Shown here one piece after another: positions 50,106 to 63,651 of a stretch of DNA of 64,000 nucleotides. The DNA lies in the NCBI GenBank assembly GCA_038087875.1, contig CM075991.1:13952001-14016000 (forward strand), read 5' to 3'. How positions within the stretch are numbered: position 1 is the stretch's first letter; every line of letters starts with the position of its first letter. Made by a program: the position numbers and the translations under genes. The notes under the pieces were generated by a model. That model did not search any database and was not told the origin of the DNA. It worked only from the letters and a program-made list of their open reading frames with translations. This stretch comes from Malacoraja senta (lineage: Eukaryota).

Positions 50106-51132
50106 AGGAGGAGGAGGAGCTATCTTGGGGAACGGCTGCTAACCAGCAGCCGTCCGTTAAATTCACTTTTTTTTACTTAGTTTTTAGTTTTTCTTGTCTT
50201 TGTCTCTTGGGGAATTTTGACTTTAATGTGGGGGGGTTAGGGGAAACTATTTTCTAGGTCCCTACCTGGTCGGTGAGGCAACTTTTTTCCGGGCTGCCCC
50301 GTCGACCCGTCCTTGCGGCCTACCAGCGGGTATGGAGCGGCGTGGAGCGGCGTGGATCGGCGTTTCCTGCGGGGACTGCCCAGCACCTGTTGTGTACCTG
50401 AGTAGCCCAGCACCTTCAGCTTCGGTGGCGGCACAGCGCTGGAGCGCTATCGCGGAGCAGAGCGGGCGATGCCTTGCCTGGGTCGCCGCGCTGGATTGAC
50501 GCGCTGGAGCTCCGGTGAGCTGTGGCCGCCGAGCTCAACATCTCCGGGCTGCGGAGCGGCCATCCGCGGGCGGCGGTGCCGACCCTAACATCGGGAGCCT
50601 CGGAGCTCCAAATTGGCGCAGCCTTTTGGCTTCAGGTGCCACGGACTCCGGTAGGAAACCTGCCGCTCCAGGTGGCCCAGCCGCTGCGAGGACTCTCCCG
50701 ACGCCGGGGCAACAACACCCGGTGAGAACGGCCAGGAACAGCGGGCCTCCGTAGAAGCAACTGTGGAGGCCTCAATAGGCCTGACTTTGGGTGAACTGGG
50801 GTTGGGGACTGGACATTGTGCCTTCCCCCACAGTGGTAATCATTGTGGGGGCATGATTTTTGTCTGTAAATGATATTTTATTTTGTGTCCAAGATGGCTG
50901 CCGGAAGGGAGAGTGGACGCTGGCGCGCTTTAGCAGCCGCTGCTCTCGCTTTCATATTGTGTTTTTGATTTTTGTTTTTGGATTGAATTCTGGCTTTAAT
51001 TTGTGTACTTGTGATGTCTTTATTATTTATTTCATTCCGCTTACATGTTTCTACACTATTTGTTAAACTTTGTAAGGTGTCCTTGAGACTTTTGAAAGGC
51101 TCCCATAAATAAAATGTATTATTATTATTATT
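50106..51132 (+). mobile_element. GC-rich non-coding retroposon with L2-type (ATT)n tail, inserted into a CR1 3' UTR (3' part also at about 4500-4804)
   Basis: Splits ...caccgccactc|aatgtgatcatggctgat. Tail tgtaaggtgtccttgag...aaataaaatgt(att)n. Confidence 0.65.
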
Positions 51133-51686
51133 AATGTGATCATGGCTGATCGTCCAAGATCAGTACCCCGTTCCTGCTTTCTCCCCATATCCCTTGCTTC
51201 CATTAGCCCTAAGAGCTAAATCTAACTCTGTCTTGAAAACATCCAGTGAATTGGCCTCCACTGCCCTCTGTGGCAGAGAATTCCACAGATTCACAACTCT
51301 CTGGGTGAAAAAGCTTTTCCTCATCTCAGTCCTAAATGGCTGACCCCTTATTCTTAAACTGTGACCCCTGGTTTTTTCTGGAACATTTTTTCTGCTTCTA
51401 GCCTGTCCAATCCCTTAAGAAGGACTGAGATGAGGAAAAACTCTTTCACCCAGAGAGTTGTGAATCTGTGGAATTCTCTGCCACAGAAGGCAGTGGAGGC
51501 CAATTCACTGGATGTTTTCAAGAGAGAGTTAGATTTAGCTCTTAGGGCTAACGGAATCAAGGGATATGGGGAGAAAGCAGGAACGGGGTACTGATTTTGG
51601 ATGATCAGCTATGATTATAGTGAATGGCGGTGCCGGCTCGAAGGGCCGATTGGCCTACTCCTGCACCTATTTTCTATGTTTCTATG
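51133..51686. mobile_element. Two CR1 3' fragments in inverted orientation
   Basis: 51133-51420 minus and 51421-51686 plus, with near-identical sequence. Confidence 0.82.
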
Positions 51687-52359
51687 TAAAATGTAGAAGG
51701 AAGGAACTGCAGATGCCGATTTACAAAAAAGAAAGACAAAGTGTTGGAGTAACTCAGCGGGTCAGGCAGCACCTCTGGAGAACCTTCTGACAGGTGACAT
51801 TTCATGGAAGGGTCTCCTATCATCTCCCAAAACATCTCCTATCCATGTTCTCCAGAGCTGCTGACCTAAGCGACTTTGAGTCCTGAAAAGCGCTATATAA
51901 ATAAAATCTATTATTATTATTATTATTACCCGCTGAGTTACTCCAGCACTTTGTGTTTTAGTTGTAGGAAGGAACTGCAGGTGCTGGATTAAACCAAAGA
52001 TAGACACAAAATGCTAGAGTAACTCAGCAGGACAGGCAGCATCTCTGGAGAGAAGAAGTGGGTGACGTTTCGGGTCGAGACCCTGTAGACTCATTTGGTT
52101 GCTTGGAGCATCTGGAGGGTGAAATGGTCAGATGCTCCACCTGGTGGCCGAGTGGTCAAATGCAGCGTCTAAACAAAGACACCAAGTGCTGGAGTCGCTC
52201 AGCCGGTCAAGCAGCATCTCTGGAGAACATGGATCGGGACCCCTCTTCACAATGGAAGGCTGTGATTTCACAGGCGGTGAGATTGGAGCCGGTAGGTCAA
52301 GACTGTTGATGTCTTGCTGGCCATTGGGAATAAATGTTCCAGAGTGGGGAGTAAGCCGG

Positions 52360-52995
52360 CAAAGGGGGAGAGACAGGGGGAAGGGGGTGGAGGTGAGATG
52401 GGGGTAGACCGGGGGGGGGGGGGTAGAGACGTGGAGGGAGAGAGGGGGGGAAGAAGGGGGAGAGAGAGGGGGAGAGAGAGGGGGAGAGAGGGGGGGAGAT
52501 AGGGGGGAGAGAGAGGGGGAGGGAGAGGGGGAGAGAGGGGGGAGAGAGGGGGGAGAGGGGGGAAGAGAGAGGGGGAGAGAGGGGGGAGTGAGAGGGGAGT
52601 GAGGGAGGGGGAGGAGAAGGGAGGAGAAGAGGGGGAGAAGGTGGGGAGAAGGTGGGGAGAAGGGGGGGAGAAGGGGGGGAGAGAGGTGGGAGAAACATGG
52701 GGGGAGAGAGGGGGAGAAAGAGGGGGAGAAAGAGGGGGAGAAAGAGGGGGAGAAAGAGGGGAGAGAGGGGGAGAGAGGGGGAGAGAGGGGGAGAGAGGGG
52801 GAGAGAGGGGGAGAGAGGGGGAGAGAGATGTAGGGGGAGAGATGGAGAGAGGGGGAGAAAGAGGGGGGAGAGAGATGGGGAGAGATGGGGGGTATAGAGG
52901 CGGGGAGAGATAGGGGTGAGGGGTTGAGATGAGGGGAGAGAGGGTGGAGAGAGGGAGTGAAAGATAGAGGGAGACAGGAGGGGGAGAAAGAGGGT
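52360..52995. repeat. GA-rich polypurine tract (GAGAGGGG-like units)
   Basis: Read directly. Confidence 0.92.
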
Positions 52996-53029
52996 AGTAG
53001 ATCCCCCCTCCCTACAGTTTGAGAGGGTG

Positions 53030-53405
53030 AGTAGACTCGGACTCTATTCCTTGGAGAGCAGGAGGATGAGGGGTGATCCTATAAAGGTGTATAAAATCAT
53101 GAGAGGAATCGATTGGGTAGATGCACAGAGTTTCTTGCCCAGAGTAGGTGAATCAAGGACCAGAGGACATAGGTTTAAGGTGAAGGGGAATCTGAGGGGT
53201 AACATTTTCACACAAAGGGTGGTGGGTGTATGGAACAAGCTGCCACAGGAGGTAGTTGAGGCTGGGACTATCCCGACATTTAAAATCAGTTGGACAGGTA
53301 CATGGATAGGACAGGTTTGGAGGGATATGGACCAAATGCAAGCAGGTGAACTAGTGTAGCTGGGACATGTTGGCCGGTGCGGAGCCGCTGTATGGCTCTG
53401 ACTAT
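53030..53405 (+). mobile_element. CR1 LINE 3' fragment
   Basis: RLGLYSLESRRMRGDPIKVYKIMRGIDWVD...RTRGHRFKV...FTQRVVGVWNKLP. Confidence 0.85.
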
Positions 53406-53683
53406 GATAAAAGGAAAAACATTTAGTGCAAGTCCAGTAAAATCTGATTAAAGATAGTCCGAAGATCTCAAATGCGGAAGATAGTAGCTTTGGACTGCTC
53501 TCCTGGTGTTGATAGGATGATTCAGTTACTTGATAACACCGGGAAGAAACTGTCCCTGAATCTGGAGGTGTGTGTTTTCACGCTTCTGTACGTTTTGTCT
53601 GATGGGAGAGGGGAGAAGAGGGAGCGGCCGGGGTGAGACTGGTCCCTGATTACACCGATGGGCTTGCTGAGACAGCGTGAAGC

Positions 53684-53980
53684 ACAGCGGTAGAGTTGCT
53701 GCCTTACAGCGCCAGAGCCCCAGGTTCGATCCTGACTACGGGTGCTGTCTGTACGGAGTTTTTGCGTTCTCCCCGTGACCTGCGTGGATTTTCTTCGGAT
53801 TCTCCGGTTTCATCCCACACTCCAAAGACGTGTAGATTTGTAGGTTAATTGGCTTCGGTAAAATTGTTCAAAAAAAATTGTCCCTCGCGTGTGTCGGATA
53901 GTATTAATGCACGGGGATCGCTGGTCGATGCGAACTCGGTGGGCCGAAGGGCCTGTTTATGTGCTGTATCTCTAAATTAA
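53684..53980 (+). mobile_element. HE1-like V-SINE
   Basis: B box, V core and tail. Confidence 0.8.
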
Positions 53981-56900
53981 ACAAGAAAACACAAACCATA
54001 AATGGAGTCAATGGAAGGGAGGTTGGTTTGTGTGATAGTCTGGGCTGTGTCCACAACTCTCTGCAATAGAGGTCATGTTCCAACTTTGCAAGACGTTGAT
54101 GAAGACTGCACAGAGTATTATGTACAGTTCTGGTTGCCATGCTGTAGAGAGTGCAGGAAAGACTTGCCACATGTCGAGTGCTTGAGGCATGAGGAGAGAC
54201 TGGATGGGCTGGGGCTGTTGTCCATGGACCAAATGAGGTGGAGGGATAACTTTGGAGGGGTTTATAAAATCATGGACGAATGGATGGATGGTCACAGTCT
54301 TTTAGGGGCCTAAAACAACAAGATATAGAACTAAGGTAAGAGAGGAAAGAGTTCAAGGTGACCTCAGGGTACGTTGATCAGACAGAGGGTAATTGGGTAT
54401 GGAACGAGGTGCTGAAGGAAGTGGTAGAGTTGGGTACAATTACATTTACATTTATGGTACAATGTTTAGAGGGAAATGGTCCAAACACAGGCAATGGGAC
54501 GAGCTCAGATATTGACATGGTCGGCATGTACATGTTGGGCCGAAGGGCCTGTTTACATGCGGTATAACTCCGGGACTCGTTTTTAATCTATCAATATCTC
54601 TTTACAGATTCGGGTCCCAGCCCAAAATGCCGTCTGTCCATTCCCTCCACAGATGAGGCCTCACAAGCTGAGTTCTTCCAGCATTTTGTTCTTTGCCCAA
54701 GATTCCAGCATCTGCCTGGAACATAGAACAGTACAGCACCGGAACGGGCCATTCGGCCCACCATGTCTGTGCCGAACATGATGCCAAGTTAAAATGACCT
54801 CATCCGCCTGCATATGCTCCATATCATGACATAAGTGAGAGGAGCAGAATTAGGCCATTCGGCCCATCAAGTCTACTCCACCATTCTATCATTGCTGATC
54901 TATCTCTCCATCCTAACCCCATTCTCCTGCCTTCTCCCACAATCCCTGACACCCTCCCCACCATGCCACACATATCCCACTATTCCCTGCATATCCAATA
55001 GTAACAAAACGCCATAATCATATCTGCCTCCACCACCGCCCCTGGTAATGCGTTCCAGACGCCCACCACTCTCTACGTAAAAAAACTTGCCCCACACATC
55101 TCCATGAAGCTTCCCCCCTCTCACCTTACAACTGCGCCCTCTAGTGTTGGACATTTCCATTCTGGGAAAACAATCTTCTGTCTGCTCTGTGTCCCTTCAC
55201 ATATTGACTGTGCTCCCACTCATCACAACAACTTGCTTTCCTCCCTATCTTTGCATCGTTACCAGATTTGACTGTGATACACTCTGTCCCTTCCTCAAAG
55301 TCACTCTCCCCTCTCCCATCAGGCAAAGGGTACAGAAGTGTGAAAACAAAACTCACACCTCCAGATTCAGGGACAGTTTCTTCCCAGCTGTTACCAGGCA
55401 ACTGAACCATCCTACCACAACCCTAGAGAAGTTCTGAACCACTATCTACCTCTTTGGTGACCCTCACTATGACTCTTAAGAGCCTTTCTTAGAGTCATAG
55501 AGTGATACAGTGTGGAAACAGGCCCTTCGGCCCAACTTGCCCACACCGACCAACATGTCTCAGCTACACTAGTCCCACCTGCCTACGCTAGGTCCATGTC
55601 CCTCCAAACCTGTCCTATCCATGTACCTGTCTGTTTCTTAAACATTGGGATAGTCCCAGCCTGAACTACCTCCTCTGGCAGCTTGTTCCATACACCCATC
55701 AGCCGTAAATCTTCTTAAACAGAGACACAACATTAGTGAGGAGAGGGATGGCTGTTCACGGGACAATGCGGATGGAGGCGACAGCTGCAACGGGCCTTTA
55801 TGAGCTGGGACTTTGAAAATGGTGCCTACACCTGGCGACTCTTGCATTTGGACTCAGTGTGCAGGGAGGAACTGCAGATGATGCTTTAAACCAAAGTCAG
55901 ACACAAAAAGCTGGAGTAACTCAGCAGGACAGGCAGCGTCTCTGGAGAGAAGGAATGGGTGACGTTTCGGGTCGAGACCCTTCTTCAGATTGAGCTCAAA
56001 GAAGGGTCTCAACCCGAAACGTCACCCGTTCCTTCTCTCCAGAGATGCTGCCTGTCTCATTGAGTTACTCAAGACAGCCTCAAGTTCCCTAAAAAATCCA
56101 TGTCTTTCTCGAGGTTAAATGCCGACAAGAAATAATCATTTATCTCCTGTGGCTCCACACATTGACAACCTTGTTGACCGTTACGTTTGAGTTTAGGTTG
56201 CCACGTGTACTGAGGTACAGTGAAACACTTTTGTTCCGTGCTAACCAATCAACAGGAAGACCATGCATGATTACAATCGAGCCGTCCACAGTGTACAGAT
56301 ACATGATAAAGGGAATAACATGAATAACGTTTAGTGCCACATAAAGCCAGGAAACTCCGATCAAAGATAGCCCGAGGTTCTCCAATGAGATAAATAGTAG
56401 TTCATAATTGCTCTCTGGTTGTTGGTACGATGGTTCAGTTGCCTGATAACAGCTGGGAAGAAACTGTCCCTGAATCTGGAGGTGTGCGTTTTCACACTTC
56501 TGTACCTCTTGCCTGATGGGAGAGGGGAGAAGAGGGAGTGGCCGGGGGAGGTCAGGTTAAGGGGTTGGATTCACTCCTTAGTTACTCTTTTGCCCTTCAT
56601 ATCCCATTGGATTCTTCGTGACCCTCTGGGTCACAATTATCTCATGGTGACTTCGAGCCTTACAGCACGGAAACAGGCCCTTCGGCCCAACTCTCCATTC
56701 CAACTGACATGGCCCATCTAAGGCAAACCCATTTGCCCGCCTTTGGCCCACATTTCCCCCCAAACCTTTCCTATCCGCGTACCTGCCCTAATATCTCTTA
56801 AACGTTGTTCTTGTACCTGCCTCAGCTCCTACCTCTGGCATGTCCCATTGTTGCCCTCCTGATTTCCTGCTGAAGTTCACTCTTACAACCTCTCTGAGCC

Positions 56901-57409
56901 AGAAGGGATTCATTAGATCCTCCTGACTTCTGCAATTCCAGTAGCGGTGGAGATGGGTCCTGAGGTGAAGGACAAAGAGGAGGTCACGGGAGGAGAAGAA
57001 AGAAACAGTATCGTGGTGGAGAACATGGGACAGATACTGGCAGTGAGATTTGTTGAACATTTTCCAAGAAACCTCGGAATGAGAAACAGCGAGCAAGAAA
57101 CTATCGAATAGTTTTAGAAACCTATCCGGTTTACTGATGGCCTTCAGAGATACAAATCTGCCAACGTTAAAGTTTAGATAGTTGAAATCAGGCAGGCTCT
57201 TTGAGGAATATAACGCAAGTAGGAAAGAACTCAAGGGAACATTTAGAGGGGCCAAAGGCAGCCATGAAATGCCATTGGAGAGTTGGATTCAAGAAAATCC
57301 CAAGGCTTTTTAGTTTAGTTGACTAGTTTAGTTTAATTTGGAGATAACGGGTGGAAACAGGCCCTTCAGCCCACCGGGTCCACGCCAACCAGCGACCTCC
57401 GCACACTAA

Positions 57410-57640
57410 AGGGCCTGTCCCACTTGGGCATCATTTGCGCGTCACGCAGGTGGCACGCGGAGATTTTGTGAATCCCCAAATCCTGGGGTGCCACATGCGA
57501 CCGCGCGTCACTGCGTACGCCACCACGCCTCACCACGAGCCATGGCCGCGTAATGCATGCCATGCGCGCATCACATGCGCGTCTTGCGTCGTGACACGTA
57601 AATGATGTTGCGCAAATGACGCCCAAGTGGGACAGGCCCT
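57410..57640. mobile_element. Harbinger-like MITE (same subfamily as 48391-48555) inserted in a SINE tail
   Basis: gcacacTAA|agggcctgtcccacttgggcatcatttgcg...cgcaaatgacgcccaagtgggacaggccct. Confidence 0.78.
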
Positions 57641-58269
57641 TCTGTCTTTGTCTGAAGTAAGGTCTCGACCCGAAACGTCACACATTCCTTCTCTCCACAG
57701 ATGCTGCCTGACCCGCTGAGTTACTCCAGCATTTTGATCCTGTCTTCAATGTAAACCAGCACCTGCAGTTCCTTCCCACACAAAGGGTGAATATGATTCA
57801 CTGTAACAGCAGCCTGCATTCATATAGCTCCTTTAACATTGTAATAGTCACAACACTTTTCACGGGATAGATATCAGGGCAGCACGGTCAAAAGAAAAGG
57901 TTTTAAGCATCATATAATTAAAACGGAACTGCAAATGCTGGTTTATACCAGAGATAGACACAACATTCTGGAGTGACTCAGCAGGACAGGCAGCAGCCCT
58001 GGAGAAAATGGATAGTTGACGTTTCGGGACGGGAGTCTGTAGAAGGGTCCCAACCCGAATCATCACCTGGGCATATTCGCCAGGGGATATCAGCATCATC
58101 TTAATGAGGGAGAGAAGAGGATGTGTATTGTTGAGGTAGGAGGTTAATTACAGAGCCTGGGACCCAGGCAGCTGATGTGATGGTTGCCAAGGGTGAAGAG
58201 GGACCCATGTGGGCTGGACAAGGTGCAATGTGGAGCGCAATACTGTCAGAGGATCACAGAGGTGGAGGG

Positions 58270-58800
58270 GGAACCTGAATGCCCAGGAGCGAAGACGACT
58301 GGAAAAAGTTGTGAACACTGCCCAGTCCATCACCGGCTCTGACCTCCCCTCCATCGAAGGCATTTACCGGAGTCACTCCCTCAAAAAGGCAGCCAGCATC
58401 ATCAGAGACCCACACCACCCTGGCCACGCTCTCATCTCACCCCTGCCATCAGGAAGAAGGTAGAGGAGCCTGAAAATTGTAACATCCAGGTTCAGGAACA
58501 GCTGCTTCCCTACAGCCATCAGGCTATTAAACACCACATCCTCAAATAGGCTCTGAATTACATAGACTATGATTGTTATTATTCCAATATTATTGTGTGT
58601 GTTTTATGTGTACGTATGTGTGCGTGTATGTATATACATAAGTATGTGTGTATATATAGATGTATGTGGATATGTACACACACTGAACTCATCTATTATA
58701 TAGTTTACAGTGTACTATGATTACATATTGTGTTGTGCTGTTGCAAGTAAGAATGTCATTGTTCTATCTGGGACACATGACAATAAAACACTCTTGACTC
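58270..58800 (+). mobile_element. Rex1/Babar-type LINE 3' fragment
   Basis: GNLNAQERRRLEKVVNTAQSITGSDLPSIEGIYRSHSLKKAASIIRDPHHPGHALISPLPSGRR, tail catgacaataaa. Confidence 0.8.
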
Positions 58801-59078
58801 TTGATGTTATTTTCTTGCACAGCATTCAGGCAGAAGTTACAAAAGCTTGGCCCATGTACCGCCAGATACAAGAACCATTTCTTCCCTGCTGTTATCAGAT
58901 TACTGAACATAAGTTAGATCTGCCGACCTACCTCATTGTGGCCCGTGCACTTTTTTAAAATCTGCACTTGCTCTGTAACTGACGGTGAAATGCACGTTTT
59001 GGGATGGCAGCGAGAACCCGGAGTCTACTCATTGGGAGGGCACGGAGGTGCACAGCGCAGTTCACCATCCAGGCCTGT

Positions 59079-59386
59079 GGCCACGGTGGCGCAGCGGTAG
59101 AGTTGCTGCCTTACAGCGTTTGCTGCGCTGGAGACCCGGGGTTCGATCCCAACTACGGGTGCTGACTGTACAGAGTTTGTACGTTCTCCCCGTGACCGCG
59201 TGGGTTTTCTCCAAGATCTTCGGTTTCCTCCCACACTCCAAAGATGTACAGGTTTGTAGGTTAATTGGCTTGGTGTATGTGTAAATTGTGTAATGTGTGC
59301 AGGATAGTATTAGTGTGGTCGGTGTGGACTCGGTGGGCCAAACGGACTGTTTCCGCGCGGTATCTCTTAACTAAAAATAAACTAAA
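59079..59386 (+). mobile_element. HE1-like V-SINE
   Basis: Head, V core and tail. Confidence 0.8.
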
Positions 59387-60354
59387 TGAAACCTCCTCCG
59401 GTACTTTCAAATAAACTAAATGAAAACTACTCCGGTACCTCCTCCGGTACTGGGGCTTTGACTTTGACATCGGGAGGAGAATGGGGAGTGCAGGGGAGAG
59501 ACAAGACTTTGCCTTCCATCACAGTGAGGAGGAGATTCACTGTGATGGATGTTTGTGTAAATTGTGTTGTGTCTTGGTTCTTTTCTTGTTGTATGACTGC
59601 AGAAACAGAATTTCGTTTGAACTTCATTTGAGGTCCAAATGATAATAAACGGTATTGTATTGTATTGTATTGTACCTGTGGCACTGTTTGCAGGCTTTAA
59701 AATTCTCCACAACCATAGTATCTGCTGTGGCCACGTTGGTCACTGCGTGCCCATGTGCAACACTTTGAAACCGACTGCACACTGGTGCAGTGAAACGGGT
59801 AGAGCCACTGCCTCACGGCGCCAGAGACACGGGTTCAATCCCGACCTCGGGCGCCGTCTGTGTGTGGAGTTTGCACGTTCTCTTGGTGACCACCTGGGTT
59901 TCCTCCGGGTGCTCCGGTTTCCTCCCACATCCCAAGGAGGTGCAGGTTTGTAGGTTAATTGACTGTCTGTAAAACTGCTGTTACCCCTAGTGTGTAGGAG
60001 GTTGATGAGAAAGAGGGATAATGTAGAACTAGTGTGAATGGGTGATTGCTGGTCGACACGGACTCGGTGGGCTGAAGGGCCTGTTTCCATGCTGTATCTC
60101 TAAACTCATGTAACTAGTGTGAACAGATGATCAGTGAACAGCAAGGACTCAGTGGGCCTAAGGGCCTGTTTCCATGCAGTACCTGTAAGCTAAACTAACC
60201 AGTGTGAATGGGTGATCGATGGTCGGCATGGACTCAGTGGGCCGAAGGGCCTGTCTTTTCAATCAATCCAATGACAGTGCTGTGCAGTCCGTGAGGTGCT
60301 TTGGGGCAGGGAGGGTGGGGTGATGGGACCACGGCAGCAACACTGGCCTGGTAC

Positions 60355-60534
60355 CTGAATGAGGAGCTGTCCCCAGCAGCTGAGCAACAGGGCGAGACGG
60401 AGCAGTGACGGTCCAGGCTGGTGCGGGCGAGGGGTGGAGGCCACGGGTTCTTGGCCCCGCCACAGCGTCCAGGGCCCGGACACCCCCTGGCGGCCTGTCC
60501 TGAGGGTTCAGCCGATCGGACACCCGTCCCGGCC
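60355..60534 (-). other. Candidate upstream 180-nt exon (possibly an alternative 5' exon of TACC1)
   Basis: Unique GC-rich block with acceptor ccctctcctctctccttgcAG|, donor TTCAG|GTACCA, length divisible by 3, and an open phase-2 frame. No homology recognised. Confidence 0.35.
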
Positions 60535-62280
60535 CTGCAAGGAGAGAGGAGAGGGTCTCAGCAGGGGCAGGAGGGCTCAGGTCAGTCCGCGCGGCTTTAT
60601 TCTGGCCAGGCAACCCCGAGCTGAGGGCCGCACTGGAGGAGAAGGGACGCAAGGCCCTTCGGCCCATCGGGTCCATGCCGACCATGAGTCACCCGATCTC
60701 ACTAGTTCTATGTTTAGTTTAGAGAAACAGCATAGAAACAGGCCCTTCGGCCCACCAAGTCCATGCTGACCATTGATCACCCACTCTCAGTACTTCCATG
60801 TTTAGTTTAGAGAAACAGCATAGAAACAGGCCCTTCGGCCCACCAAGTCCACACCGACCATTGACTACCCGTTCACACTAGTTCTATGTTATCCCACTTT
60901 CTCTTCCACTCCCTACACACTAGGGGCGATTAACCTACACACCTGCATGTCGTTTGCATGTGGGACAAAATTGGAGCACCCGGAGGAAACCCACGTGGTC
61001 ACAGGGAGAGCCTGCAAACTCCACACAGACAGCACCCGAGGTCAGGATCAAACCCGGGACCCTGGCGCTGGGAGACAACGGCTCGACCAGTTGCTCCACC
61101 TTGCCTTCACCGTGCAGTCGGTTTGGAAGAGTTGCGCTACGGACTCGCGGTGACCACCAACACGCCCACGGTAGATACTATGGTGACGGATACTTGTACT
61201 GAACCCACACTGCAGAGCAGAGAAACAGGCCATTCGGCCCACCGCCCCTCTCCCCAGATGACAATAACAAGATGGGGCCACCTCAAAAGGTTAACAGATA
61301 CTAACCTTCCCCCATCCCACCAAAACCAATGTCCCAACCTGATCTGTCAAATTCAAACTCAGACTACACCAACCATGTGTATAAAGGAACTGCAGGTGCT
61401 GGTTTACACCGAATAAAGACACAAAATGCTGGAGTAACTCAGCGGGTCAAGCAGCATCTCTTGAGAAAAGTAATAGGTTACATTTCAGATCGAGACCCTT
61501 CTTCAGAACATAGTCCCTGTAGTTCAGGGATGCTGCCTGACCCGCTGAGTTACTCCAGCACTTTGTGCCTTCTTCCGTAAACCAGCATCTGCAGTTCCTT
61601 GTGGCTACAAAGTATGAAGTGTTGTACAGGACCTTGAGCCAAGAGGAACTGTGTGTAACGAGTAGACTTGGAACCACTGCAAAGCGGCTGAAATATTGTT
61701 GCCAAAACCACACACTCCCTCGACCAAGAGGTGGACAGCAGAAAGACATAACAGAGGCAAAATGCTGCAGGATCTCGAGAAGACGAACATTGGAAATACT
61801 CAGCAGGTAACACAGAAAACAGAAGATAGACACAAAAAGCTGGAGTAACTCAGCGGGTCAGACAGCATCTCTGGTGCAGACCCTATCCATTTTGTCCAGT
61901 GATGCTGCCTGACCCGCTGAGTTACTCCAGCTTTTTTAAGAAGGAACTGCAGATGCTGGAAAATCGAAGGTAGACAAAAATGCTGGAGAAACTCAGTGGG
62001 TGAGGCAGCATCTATGGCACGAAGGACTTCTTCCAGTCTGATGAAGGGTCTCGAACCGAAATGTTGCCTATTTAATTCGCTCCATAGATGCTGCCTCACC
62101 CGCTGAGTTTCTCCAGCATTTTTGTCTACCAGCTTTTTTAAGTTCAGTTCAATACATGATTACAATCGAGCCAAAAACATAATTTCGTTTGAACTTAGGT
62201 TCAAATGACATAATAAAAATATCTTGTATCTTGTATCCGCAGTGTACCAATACATGATAAAGGAAATAACCTGAATAATA

Positions 62281-62584
62281 TTTAGTTTAGAGATACAGTA
62301 CGGAAACAGGCCCTTCGGCCCACCAGGTCCGCACCGACCAGCCATCCCCGCACATTAACACTATCCTACACACCCGCTAGGGACAATTGTTACATTTACC
62401 AAGCCAATTCACCAACAAATCTGTACGTCTTTGGAGTGTGGTAAGAAACCGAAGATCTCAGAGTAAACCCACGCAGGTCACGGGGAGAATGTACAAACTC
62501 TGTCCGGGCAATAGTCAGGATCGAACCCGGGTCTCTGGCGCTGCATTCGCTGTAAGGCAGCAACTCTGCTGCTGCGCCACCGTG
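62281..62584 (-). mobile_element. HE1-like V-SINE (many further partial copies in the window are not listed individually)
   Basis: Head, V core and tail. Confidence 0.8.
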
Positions 62585-63327
62585 ACTGATTAGTGCAAGA
62601 TAAAGCCAGTAACGTCCGGTCAAGCATAGTCCGAGGGACCCCAATGAGGTGGATGGAAGTTCATGACCGCTCTCTGTTTGTGGTAGGAGTGGGACAGTTC
62701 AGTTGCCTGATAACAGCTGGGAAGAAACTGATCCCGGATTCTGGAGGTGTGCGTTAATGAAGGTTCCTGGAGATTGTGATCTTCACTCAGTGTAAGCGGC
62801 ACAGCCATGGCCTAATCTCTCGGGGCGGCAGTGGAACAAGGTCACATTCCCAGCAGAGAGAACTGGCCAGCACATTGTCACATAGCAGCAAGTTGACGTG
62901 AGAGGTCAGAGTCTCACGAATGAAACACTGCATCAGCAGATGCCAGGAATTATCCAGCTTCCTTCACAGAGAGGATGGTGCCGGCAAGTTGATTAGTTTT
63001 AGTTTAGTTTGGTTTAGTTTTAGTTTAATTTAGTTTGGTTCAGTGGGTCTTGATCCGAAACGTCATCCATTCCTTCTGTCCAGAGATGCTGCCTGTCCCG
63101 CTGAGTTAGTCCAGCATTCTGCCACTGTCTTTGGTGTAAACTAGCATCTGCAGTTCCTTCCTACACATTTAGTTTAGTTTAGTTTAGTTTAAAGTTACAG
63201 CATGGAAACAGGCCCTTCGGCCCACCAAGTCCATGCCGACCATCCACGAAGTCCACGCCCGTTCACATTAGTTCTGTGTTATCCCACTTTCTCATCCACT
63301 CCCTACACACTCGGGGCAATTTACAGA

Positions 63328-63533
63328 CGCCCCAGGAACAGCTGGAGCAGAGGTGTCCAGACAGAAATGTCTGAGAGTGGGCTCAACTGGGGAGATCTCG
63401 CAAGAACTGCCAACACCCGAATGAGGTGGAGGACATTTGTCAATGGGCTCTGCTCCCTAGAGATGGACATTTGTCAATGGCCTCTGCTCCCTAGAGGAGC
63501 AAAGGGCTTAAGAAGAAGTAAGAAGAAGAAGAA
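63328..63533 (+). mobile_element. RTE-clade LINE 3' end
   Basis: RPRNSWSRGVQTEMSESGLNWGDLARTANTRMRWRTFVNGLCS, an (AAG)n tail and a short internal duplication. Confidence 0.7.
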
Positions 63534-63651
63534 AGACGCTACAACGTTTTTGCCCGACTGAGGAGACTACCGGCAAGATGTGGCGACAAACTGGTCGCCT
63601 GTAGTTTGCTAATATATCGCCTAAGTGGGACAGGCCCATTACTCCAGCATT

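Noticed and set aside
56788..57310. 155-aa minus-strand ORF
   Set aside because: No recognisable product. Part of the opposite strand is a decayed CR1 ORF2 segment (EEY..SRKELK...IQENPKAF).
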